NCBI RefSeq assembly: GCF_000406145.1
Contig: NZ_CM001976.1
Coordinates: forward strand, 1,742,551-1,774,550
Direction of reading: 5' to 3'
DNA length: 32,000 nt
Source: Dickeya dadantii NCPPB 898
GTDB taxonomy: Bacteria; Pseudomonadota; Gammaproteobacteria; Enterobacterales; Enterobacteriaceae
The position numbers and the translations under genes were made by a program. Positions within the stretch are counted from its first letter, which is position 1, and each line of letters starts with the position of its first letter. The notes beneath the pieces were generated by a model. That model was not told where the DNA came from and made no database searches. It was given only the letters and a program-made list of their open reading frames with translations. This document shows positions 9,082 to 16,189 of the stretch, in pieces.

Positions 9082-9777
9082 ATGGCGCTCGATTTTAGTA
9101 CTGTATTAACAGGCCATTATGGCGCGATGGTCGTGCAAGGCGCGACTGTTACGCTGGAACTGGCGCTGGGTGCCTGGCTGCTGGCCATGTTTATCGCACT
9201 GTTGCTGTTGGTTATCCGTCTGACTGAACACCGCGTCGCCACGCGGCTGGTGGCGGCATACATCTCCTATCACCGCAATGTGCCCACGCTTATCCAATTG
9301 ATGATGTGGTATTTCGCTATTCCGACGCTGCTGCCGGAATCGGTACAAGGTTGGATCAACGCGTTCAATGCCGAGTTTCTTTTCTCGATGTTCGCATTGG
9401 GATTATGTCAGGCGGCCTATTTCTCCGAAGACATTCGCAGCGGCCTGCGCGCCATCCCCGATGGACAAAATGAGGCCGCGCGCGCACTGGGAATGAGTTA
9501 TATGCGGGCGATGCGAGAGGTGATTTTGCCGCAGGGGATCCGTAATGCGCTGCCTGCATTGATTAACCACACGGTGTTGTTGTTTAAAAATACCAGTCTG
9601 GCGATGGTCATCGGCGTGGCTGAATTGACGTATGTCACACGCGATATTGAAAATCAGACCTTCCACACCTTCGAAGCTTATGTGATTGGCACGCTGGGAT
9701 ATCTGGCATTTTCACTGTTGTTGATGGGGCTGGGGGCGCTGCTGGGGAGTCACTTTCAACGCGTGTATGCGAGGTAA
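9082..9777 (+). CDS. Amino-acid ABC transporter permease (His/Glu/Gln/Arg/opine family)
   Basis: Multi-TM protein with the EAA loop (NEAARALGMSYMRAMREVILPQ). I prefer ATG 9082, preceded by AGGAGG at 9070-9075, over the listed GTG 9064. Confidence 0.88.
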   Translation: MALDFSTVLTGHYGAMVVQGATVTLELALGAWLLAMFIALLLLVIRLTEHRVATRLVAAYISYHRNVPTLIQLMMWYFAIPTLLPESVQGWINAFNAEFLFSMFALGLCQAAYFSEDIRSGLRAIPDGQNEAARALGMSYMRAMREVILPQGIRNALPALINHTVLLFKNTSLAMVIGVAELTYVTRDIENQTFHTFEAYVIGTLGYLAFSLLLMGLGALLGSHFQRVYAR

Positions 9778-9782
9778 TCGCT

Positions 9783-10553
9783 ATGTTTGACGTTTTAACT
9801 ATTCTGCACGACCACAGCATGCTGCTTCTGATGGGGCAATATCCGAACGGGCCGCTGGGCGGTGTGCTTTGTACCCTTTTAATCTCGCTGCTGGCTGTGG
9901 TGCTCTCCTTTCCGCTTGGCGTGTTGGTCGGGCTCGCGCGTCTGTCGCCGTGGCGCGGATTACGCTGGGCCGCCACCGCGTGGGTCTACACACTGCGTGG
10001 TATTCCGTTAATGATGGTGGTGTTTTGGACGTACTTCTGCGTGCCTCTGCTGATTGGGCAGAATATCAGTGGTTTTTCCACCATGCTTTGCACGCTGGTT
10101 ATCTATGAAAGCGCCTACATCGCCGAGATCGTCCGCGGCGGCATTCAGGCGTTGCCGCACGGCCAGTATGAAGCCTCGCGGGCACTGGGGATGAGTTACC
10201 TGAAAACCCTGCGATTGGTCGTTTTACCGCAGGCTTTGTTCAATTCTCTGCCAAGCCTGGTGAGCCAACTGGTGTCGATCATCAAAGACAGTACGCTTGG
10301 CTACGTCATCAACGTGCCGGAACTGACTTATGCCGCCAATCAGGTTAGCAATCAGCTGTTGACCAAACCATTTCAGGTGTTTGCGATTGTCGCCCTGAGT
10401 TATTACATCATCTGTTTTAGTCTGACATGGCTGGCGAATAAGCTTGAAAGCTATATTGCCAACAAACGGCTCAACGAGCGGCCATCACAGGGAGAAGGGC
10501 AGAACAGCCCCCTTTTTTTAGCTAACCGCAATCTGAATAAGGAAGCATCATGA
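9783..10553 (+). CDS. Amino-acid ABC transporter permease (second subunit)
   Basis: EAA loop [22 protein letters not shown] and multiple TM segments. Starts 5 nt after the previous stop. Its stop overlaps the ATPase start (ATGA at 10550-10553). Confidence 0.88.
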   Translation: MFDVLTILHDHSMLLLMGQYPNGPLGGVLCTLLISLLAVVLSFPLGVLVGLARLSPWRGLRWAATAWVYTLRGIPLMMVVFWTYFCVPLLIGQNISGFSTMLCTLVIYESAYIAEIVRGGIQALPHGQYEASRALGMSYLKTLRLVVLPQALFNSLPSLVSQLVSIIKDSTLGYVINVPELTYAANQVSNQLLTKPFQVFAIVALSYYIICFSLTWLANKLESYIANKRLNERPSQGEGQNSPLFLANRNLNKEAS

Positions 10554-11284
10554 TCCCGATGATTTTGTTTAATCAGGTTAACAAATGGTATGGAGACTAC
10601 CATGCGCTGACTGACCTTAGCGCCGAAGTCAACATGGGGGAAGTGGTGGTGGTTTGCGGCCCATCCGGCTCAGGTAAGTCCACACTGATTCGTACGGTCA
10701 ACCGCCTTGAACCTATTGAGCAAGGGCAGATTCTGTTTGATGGCATGGATATTCACGGCAGCAGTACGCGATTGAATCAGCTACGCACACGGATTGGTTT
10801 TGTTTTCCAGAATTTCAATCTGTTCCCGCATGTATCGGTGATGGACAACATCATGATGTCTCCAGTGAAAGTGCTGGGGGTCAAGCGTTCCGAAGCACGT
10901 AAACATGCCGGTGAATTGCTGGAGCGCGTCGGATTGTCGCACAAAGCCAACGCCTATCCGGCACAGCTTTCAGGCGGCCAGCAACAGCGAGTCGCTATTG
11001 CTCGTGCGTTGGCGATGAAGCCGCCGGTCATGTTGTTTGATGAGCCCACATCGGCGCTGGATCCTGAAATGGTGGGCGAGGTGTTAAACGTGATGCGTTC
11101 GCTGGCACAGGAAGGCATGACCATGATGTGTGTTACGCATGAGATGCATTTTGCCCGCGATGTGGCCGATACCATCTGGTTTATGGATCAAGGGGAAATT
11201 CTCGAAAAGGCCAAGCCGGAACAGTTCTTTAGCGCACCGCAGCACCCTCGTGCACAGCGTTTCCTGAGTGATTTATTGAATTGA
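10550..11284 (+). CDS. Amino-acid ABC transporter ATP-binding protein (GlnQ/HisP-like)
   Basis: Walker [11 protein letters not shown]-loop, signature LSGGQQQR, Walker [14 protein letters not shown]-loop VTHEM. Confidence 0.94.
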   Translation: MIPMILFNQVNKWYGDYHALTDLSAEVNMGEVVVVCGPSGSGKSTLIRTVNRLEPIEQGQILFDGMDIHGSSTRLNQLRTRIGFVFQNFNLFPHVSVMDNIMMSPVKVLGVKRSEARKHAGELLERVGLSHKANAYPAQLSGGQQQRVAIARALAMKPPVMLFDEPTSALDPEMVGEVLNVMRSLAQEGMTMMCVTHEMHFARDVADTIWFMDQGEILEKAKPEQFFSAPQHPRAQRFLSDLLN

Positions 11285-11306
11285 TGACAAGACCATCAGT
11301 CCGTTT

Positions 11307-11327
11307 CCACCAGGGTAATCCTGGTGG
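11307..11327 (+). terminator. Candidate terminator hairpin after the ABC ATPase gene
   Basis: Perfect 8-bp stem CCACCAGG / CCTGGTGG with a 5-nt loop, 23 nt after the stop. No clear U-tract follows. Confidence 0.35.
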
Positions 11328-11586
11328 CGATTATGTCAGAGCAGAGTACCCAGCGATGGGGTGGTAGCATCGTGCACTGTCAATTATCGTGCCGCCATCA
11401 GGGGGGGGGAGGCTGTAGCCTGTCAGGATTGTGCATCCTTGCTGGCGAGGAATAACACGACTTCTCAGCTGGCCTGCATGGGCCACTTCACTAGGGCGAT
11501 GCAAATGTTGGGGCGAAGGCCACTACTGGAAGATGTCGGCTCGCGTGGAAATAATACTTCAATAAACGACGGATTATTTATGCCTG

Positions 11587-12357
11587 CTAAAGGTGATACA
11601 TCATCCGGGATATCGCGGCTGCCAGTCCATTCGGATTATCGTAAGCCATCATGTGGCTACAGTCAGGCACTAACTCAACCAGACATCCGGCACTTATGTA
11701 TCGTTCAATGTCATCCGGAGAAGCGTTATCGGGCAGAATAACGCCTTTAGCGATCGGCAGACGGGACAATATTTCCAGCCAATTCTTTTGATTATCATCC
11801 AGAGTCGACTCAGCCCATTGATAAATAGCCAATGGAGAGCTGACCTGAAATGGACCAAGCCAGACATCATTTCCGCCTTCATTTTTAAGCTGCATCACCA
11901 GTTGCTTAAATCCTGTTGCGATAAATTCGCTTTCGCTCATCGCCGTGATGCTTTCAAGCAACGCAATACCATAATCATTCACACCGGGGGTACATAAAAT
12001 CAGTCGCTCTGGTTGCGGGGACATGGTTGTGGCCATTTTTAACGCGATAAATGCGCCGGCACTGTGGCCGAACAGGCTGATAGTGGATACCCCTGTACTG
12101 GTGATCCAGGTTTGCAACATGGTTGACAGACTGCCCGAATCATATCGCGCAGTCACAGGCTTATCACTGAACCCTGAACCAGGAAGATCTACCAGCCAGG
12201 AGCGAGTATCGGAATAGTGGGGGGATGTGACTACCGGCAGGTAGTCACTACTGGATGCACAACCGAGGCCATGAATGTAAACGAGAGGAGACGCGCCGGG
12301 ATGGCAGTCCAGCCAGCGCAGGAGATTACTCTTTTCATCAAAAGGCCACGTTTCCAT
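11587..12357 (-). CDS. Alpha/beta-fold hydrolase (cytoplasmic, 256 aa)
   Basis: HG oxyanion motif (VYIHGLG), nucleophile elbow GHSAGA, C-terminal His (DCSHMM). Start set at METWPF (ATG at 12357) because the longer listed ORF (to 12642) overlaps the upstream gene. Starts 19 nt after that gene's TAG. Confidence 0.8.
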   Translation of the reverse strand: METWPFDEKSNLLRWLDCHPGASPLVYIHGLGCASSSDYLPVVTSPHYSDTRSWLVDLPGSGFSDKPVTARYDSGSLSTMLQTWITSTGVSTISLFGHSAGAFIALKMATTMSPQPERLILCTPGVNDYGIALLESITAMSESEFIATGFKQLVMQLKNEGGNDVWLGPFQVSSPLAIYQWAESTLDDNQKNWLEILSRLPIAKGVILPDNASPDDIERYISAGCLVELVPDCSHMMAYDNPNGLAAAISRMMYHL

Positions 12358-12376
12358 AAATTTTCTTAAACGAATG

Positions 12377-13594
12377 CTATGGAGAGACTGAGACAGTGGA
12401 TGCCTGTTGATGCTCAGGTTTCCCGGCGGGCACTCCGGCGACAACCTGATTACCGATGGCATACACGGCGCACCCGACGGCGCCTGGGCGCTGCTGGCAG
12501 TTTTTAAGTGCCTGTTTAGCGGCTTCCCGCATAGTTCGCATACCGTATGCCGCTCCCCAGTTACCTTTCGAGTCAGTCGCAAACGCTTTCTCGTAACGCT
12601 GACTGACGTCGTAATATCTGAAATTCTCACGTCCGGCGGCATTCAGGTGGGCAGGATATGGCAGATGCGTTTCGGGAAGCGCGACAATTTCTTTGAACGG
12701 AAGATGCTGCTGCTCCAGAAACCCGGCTACTTGCTGCCACCAGAAACTTTCCGGTGCACTTTCTATAAACGTGTGCCCGTTTTCTTCGAAAGCAGGCATC
12801 AGAATGAATTCTGCGTTGCCTCCACCACGTTGATACGCATTCAACATCTCTCTGGCCATGTCAGGGGGAAAGAGATGGTCATTCTGGGTGTAAAGCCAGA
12901 GCGTAGGAATACGTGCCGTCCGTCCGTACAATTCGAACGCTTTTAATAGTCCGGCTTTATCACAAAATGATTTTCCATCAATCGCGCCTCTTCCTCCGTC
13001 AAAACTAATAATGGCCTGTACACCTGCCGGATTCACCGCGCTGGTCGCTATGACAGCAAACCCTCCCGCAGACATTCCGGTAAGGATTGCCTTGTCTTGC
13101 GATGCCCAGGGCTGGCGACGGATCGCAGCAAGCGCAGCCGTGATATTATTTTTATCTATTGTTCCTGCTCGCATGTGCCGAGGCTCATTGCAGGAACTCC
13201 CTTCACCCTCCGTCGTTCCGCTTGATTGCCCGTATCCCTGACGAAGAACGGAGACTACAGCGTAGCCGTGCCGTGCAAACGCAATAGCTGCAGACGAGAA
13301 CTGGGTTGGCGTTGCCATCATGCGGTTAAATACTGGGGAAGAGCTGCCATTTGTTATCAACACTACGGGCAGTCGACCGGTACTGACGGGACGGGTAACG
13401 AATGCATCCAGCGTTGCTGGTTGACCGTTATCCAGCGTCACTTGCAGTGAAAGGGGTTCCCTTATCAGGCCGGCAAGTTGTTGCCGACTGTCCGGTGAAG
13501 CGGCTGTCGGCGCGTCATTTGCCGAGGCTGTGAAAACAAGAAAAATGAAAGATAGCGATATTATTCTGAGACAAGCCATGAAGATCTGTTGCAT
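12377..13594 (-). CDS. Secreted dienelactone-hydrolase-family alpha/beta hydrolase with an extra C-terminal domain
   Basis: Signal peptide (MQQIFMACLRIISLSFIFLVFTASA|ND). GMSAGG nucleophile, QNDHLF Asp and ENGHTF His in DLH-like order. The C-terminal ~85 aa (...WGAAYGMRTMREAAKQALKNCQQRPGAVGCAVYAIGNQVV) is a separate Cys-containing module, possibly DUF4189-like (low certainty). Confidence 0.75.
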   Translation of the reverse strand: MQQIFMACLRIISLSFIFLVFTASANDAPTAASPDSRQQLAGLIREPLSLQVTLDNGQPATLDAFVTRPVSTGRLPVVLITNGSSSPVFNRMMATPTQFSSAAIAFARHGYAVVSVLRQGYGQSSGTTEGEGSSCNEPRHMRAGTIDKNNITAALAAIRRQPWASQDKAILTGMSAGGFAVIATSAVNPAGVQAIISFDGGRGAIDGKSFCDKAGLLKAFELYGRTARIPTLWLYTQNDHLFPPDMAREMLNAYQRGGGNAEFILMPAFEENGHTFIESAPESFWWQQVAGFLEQQHLPFKEIVALPETHLPYPAHLNAAGRENFRYYDVSQRYEKAFATDSKGNWGAAYGMRTMREAAKQALKNCQQRPGAVGCAVYAIGNQVVAGVPAGKPEHQQASTVSVSP

Positions 13595-13988
13595 CAGTGC
13601 TAATCCTTATTGGTGAATGTGTAGTGTACAAGTGTTCAAAAAACGGACTTACTATGGCTAACTACGGTTTCCGGTATGATGAAATCATCAGTTGATTAGG
13701 TACGTTTACATTGACGCCTGTTGATTATTCCCATATTCAGCGTTCAGATGGCTCAGTGTGTAAAGGCGTTTATTGAACGATGCCGCCATAATCGAAAAAT
13801 AGAGTATACCGTGCCGGAATGGGTGTCTGACGATGTATCATTTTATTATTGAATTAGGTTTTTACCTGAGCGTTCCACTTTTAATTGTATAAATGTGATC
13901 GTGTAAGTTTATTTATTTAAACGGTTATCCATAATTATTTACAAAATTAATCCGCATCAATAAACCAGATGTGCCTCTGGCTAAATTG

Positions 13989-14172
13989 TATACCCGTTAT
14001 ACTTCAAGTTGCAGGTGTGTTGGCTTGCGCTCCCTTACCCGAAGCACTTACCTGAGTAAGCTATTCTCTTGCCGCGTTACAACGGTCTTAATGAGCTTTG
14101 CCCTGTCGGACCAACGCACTGCGTTGTTCAACACTAATGTGTTGTCCTGCAACTCGAATTATTTAGGGTATA
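13989..14172. repeat. ERIC / IRU (enterobacterial repetitive intergenic consensus) element, long form with an internal insertion
   Basis: Ends match the ERIC consensus as I recall it: TATACCCGTTATACTTCAAGTTGCAGGTG... and ...CCTGCAACTCGAATTATTTAGGGTATA. A degenerate core is present (CACTTACCTGAGTAAGCT). About 60-70 extra bp sit between CTTGCCGC and CCTGCAAC. Confidence 0.7.
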
Positions 14173-14287
14173 GAATATCTATTGTTAGATGAGATTGTTG
14201 CTAATTATTTCCCTTGAAAAGAAATGCATTCAGGAAAAAGCCATCAGCGTAATCTCATCTCTAAAGAATTGAAAAAATGCCCATGGA

Positions 14288-14590
14288 TTACAGCGTTGGG
14301 GGCGATCTTTTGTCTCTATGGCGATGATGAGCTGGATTGCATTCCTGATTCGTTCCCGGCAGATAATATTTTCCATCAGAAGAGGGCGATGTTCCTCCGG
14401 GGCAACCGCTCATGCCGGGTTTTCCATCTTTACCGCCCGGAAGTCCAGCCCCTCCGGCCTGGCTAACAGAAACCAACAAAGCGTCTTTTGTTTCACCTCT
14501 ATTTTGGCTGACGACATCGTCGTGAGCTGCGTAGGTTATGGAAGAAAATCCTAAGGTAAACAGATAAATAAAAGCCAGCGCTTTGCTCAT
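14288..14590 (-). CDS. Hypothetical small secreted glycine-rich protein (100 aa)
   Basis: Good Shine-Dalgarno (AAGGTGAG) 5-6 nt before the ATG. Sec-type signal peptide MSKALAFIYLFTLGFSSITYA|AHDD. The mature part is Gly/Pro/Ser-rich (GGAGLPGGKDGKPGMSGCPGGTSPS) with 2 Cys and a basic His-rich tail. No family recognised. Confidence 0.45.
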   Translation of the reverse strand: MSKALAFIYLFTLGFSSITYAAHDDVVSQNRGETKDALLVSVSQAGGAGLPGGKDGKPGMSGCPGGTSPSSDGKYYLPGTNQECNPAHHRHRDKRSPPTL

Positions 14591-14927
14591 ATCTCACCTT
14601 TTACGTTTTTGTACGTTTTTGACTTCATTAACAGACAGTTATCGGAACAGACCATTATTGGGCTTGGCTACAAGTCCAACAATCTTCATATCGCTTCACT
14701 GACAAGGATTAAGGTATCACCATCTTTCATATCATTTTACTACCATGTATATGAATATAAGATGAATCGCTGCCGTGTTGCTGGAAAGCATCTGAACATA
14801 AAGCCGGATAAATATCATTACATTCATTATTTCTAAGTGTTATCTTTATTGACAAATAACTTACAAGAGCGAGCTCTTTAACTGTATTTATGGAAGTCTG
14901 GACTACGCTTTTGGTATTTATGTTGTA

Positions 14928-14956
14928 GGGAATGATAAAATAAAATTATCATTCCC
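14928..14956. repeat. Perfect inverted repeat / hairpin (11-bp stem, 7-nt loop)
   Basis: GGGAATGATAA (14928-14938), AATAAAA, TTATCATTCCC (14946-14956). No flanking T-run on either strand. Confidence 0.9.
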
Positions 14957-15015
14957 GGTAAGAAAGTCGGCATATTGGATTAATGAAATATCCATTTAAC
15001 TGACCCTGACCCGAA

Positions 15016-15164
15016 TGATCTTACCCAGCAATAATGGACGCGTGACTAAGTGAGTACACTCTCAATCAGAGGTGATTACTCATGACAAAACCAGCATCAA
15101 CCAATAAAAAGCCCCGTAAACAGCATTCGCCGGAATTCCGCGAAGAAGCCCTGAAATTGGCAGA
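15016..15164 (+). mobile_element. IS3-like left end: terminal inverted repeat plus the first 27 codons of orfA, truncated by insertion of another IS
   Basis: TGATCTTACCCAGCAATAATGGACGCG..AAGTGAGTA.ACTCTCA.TCAGAGGTGA closely follows the E. coli IS3 left end as I recall it. The ATG at 15082 encodes MTKPASTNKKPRKQHSPEFREEALKLA (IS3 InsE: MTKTVSTSKKPRKQHSPEFRSEALKLA). Similarity stops at about 15164. Confidence 0.8.
15082..15164 (+). pseudogene. Truncated IS3-family orfA (HTH transposase subunit) remnant
   Basis: Only 27 homologous codons remain. The reading frame then runs into foreign sequence and stops at 15199-15201. Confidence 0.75.
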
Positions 15165-15830
15165 TGTAAGCACACCTATTTTAGTTCCACGCACTTTTTG
15201 AGGTTTCCGGGTTTCCAGCCATCAATCTGTATTCTTCCAGTGTCAGGTTATTCAGGGATTCATGAGGACGCTCGCAGTTATATTCGTTCAGCCAGCGCTC
15301 CTTGATTTCCCTGACTTCGTTCAGTGTTCTGAATAGATAAAAATCCAGTATTTCTGTTCGGTACGTCCGGTTGAAGCGTTCGATAAACGCATTCTGTGTC
15401 GGCTTGCCCGGTTTAATAAATTCCAGTGTTACACCATGCTCTTCCGCCCACTGCGCCAGCGTCAGAGAGACGAGTTTGGGACCGTTATCCATGCGCAGTT
15501 TCAACGGATATCCGCGATTTGCCACTATTCGCTCCAACACACGAACGACACGCAGTGCCGGGATATTCAGGTCAATCTCAATCGCCAGCACTTCACGATT
15601 AAAATCATCCACCACGTTGAACGTGCGAAAACGTCTGCCGCACACCAGCGCATCATGCATAAAATCGACTGATCAGCTCTGGTTCAGTTGTTCCGGCGTT
15701 TCCAGTGGGGCTGGATTGCGCACTGGCAAGCGTTGCTTTCCCTTACGACGAAAATTCAGTTTTAACAGGCAATAAATTCGATGAATGCGTTTATGGTTCC
15801 ATGTCAGAAGGCGTGCGTATTGCCTGATGG
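15165..15830 (-). mobile_element. 3' part of a second IS3-family element inserted into the IS3-like orfA; its 5' part is deleted
   Basis: The boundary reads TG... at 15165 on the + strand (the ...CA 3' terminus of an IS3-family element on the - strand). It carries the orfB remnant below. Protein similarity fades near 15830, where an unrelated AT-rich tract begins. Confidence 0.7.
15181..15830 (-). pseudogene. IS3-family DDE (rve) transposase orfB, 5'-truncated and interrupted by an in-frame stop
   Basis: ORF 15181..15660 encodes the integrase core (DDFNREVLAIEID, RMDNGPKL, KPTQNAFIERFNRTYR, YNCERPHESL). Upstream in the same frame I read ...[49 protein letters not shown]. The TGA at 15673-15675 sits where family members have Trp (TGG). 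No orfA or frameshift region is present. Confidence 0.8.
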
Positions 15831-15849
15831 TCAACTCTTCTCCAGAGGT

Positions 15850-16168
15850 GCTTGCTCAAAATCCGATTTTTTCCACAAAGCTTTAATTTATTTTAAATCA
15901 AGGTGATATTGTTTTTAAAATTGCATTTTAAAATTTGATAAAAATCAAAAAAATAAAAAAATTTTAATGTATAAACAAGTGGTTCTAAGTAAAAAAATTC
16001 TTGTTATCGATTGCATCGAAGCTTGATTTCTGATTATTTCGATTTTAGATCCGATAAAATAGTTTCTTTTCTTTATTATTTTTTGTCAATTTATTTACAA
16101 TTTAGATTGTTATGTTCCGTTGTATTCTATTGTACTTACTTGTCGGGTTTGTGGCTGTTATGAATTAA
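15850..16168 (+). promoter_or_regulatory. Extremely AT-rich upstream region of the PKS-NRPS operon (promoter, likely nucleoid-protein target)
   Basis: About 320 bp of A/T tracts directly 5' of the first biosynthetic gene. Hand count of line 15901-15960 gives 8 G+C out of 60. Contains two abutting palindromes (15913-15933, 15934-15949). I could not place a -35/-10 pair confidently. Confidence 0.5.
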
Positions 16169-16189
16169 GTGAATATAAGTCAGGATATT

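Noticed and set aside
1944-9976. Numerous 60-143-aa antisense or off-frame ORFs inside the GC-rich genes (e.g. 1944..2369, 5423..5821, 6192..6623, 7201..7545, 8321..8695, 8382..8765, 9635..9976)
   Set aside because: All are fully nested in confidently assigned genes and show the Arg/Pro/Ala/Gly-rich composition of shadow frames in high-GC DNA.
11401-11409. G9 homopolymer tract (possible slipped-strand phase-variation switch)
   Set aside because: It lies between two convergent gene ends, not in a promoter spacer or a supported coding region, so length changes would have no obvious target.
11361-11741. 126-aa ORF (+) spanning the convergent intergenic region
   Set aside because: It has no ribosome-binding site, runs antisense into the 3' end of the hydrolase gene, and has no motifs. 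It is probably spurious.
11587-12642. Full-length 351-aa version of the alpha/beta hydrolase ORF
   Set aside because: Its first 95 codons overlap the 3' end of the upstream hydrolase gene (12377..13594) in another frame and look non-protein-like (Arg/Ser/Thr-rich). Hydrolase similarity begins after the internal Met at 12357, so the short form was annotated.
13971-14192. 73-aa ORF on the + strand
   Set aside because: It coincides almost exactly with the ERIC repeat, so the reading frame is a by-product of the repeat sequence.
14224-14554. ORFs 14224..14466 and 14318..14554 (+)
   Set aside because: Both lie antisense to the better-supported small secreted ORF (which has a signal peptide and Shine-Dalgarno). 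They have no ribosome-binding site or recognisable features.
14609-14836. 75-aa ORF (+) in AT-rich DNA
   Set aside because: It has a non-ATG start, no Shine-Dalgarno, and low-complexity Tyr/Ile/Asn/Lys-rich content, as expected from random AT-rich sequence.
15850-16168. Fur box / iron regulation of the PKS-NRPS operon (siderophore hypothesis)
   Set aside because: I compared the A/T-rich leader by eye with GATAATGATAATCATTATC. The nearest candidates (TTTGATAAAAATCAAA; GATTATTTCGATTTTAGATCCGATAAAAT) have the wrong spacing. The visible genes include no TonB-dependent receptor and no genes for catechol, hydroxamate or thiazoline chemistry. The hypothesis remains untested rather than excluded.
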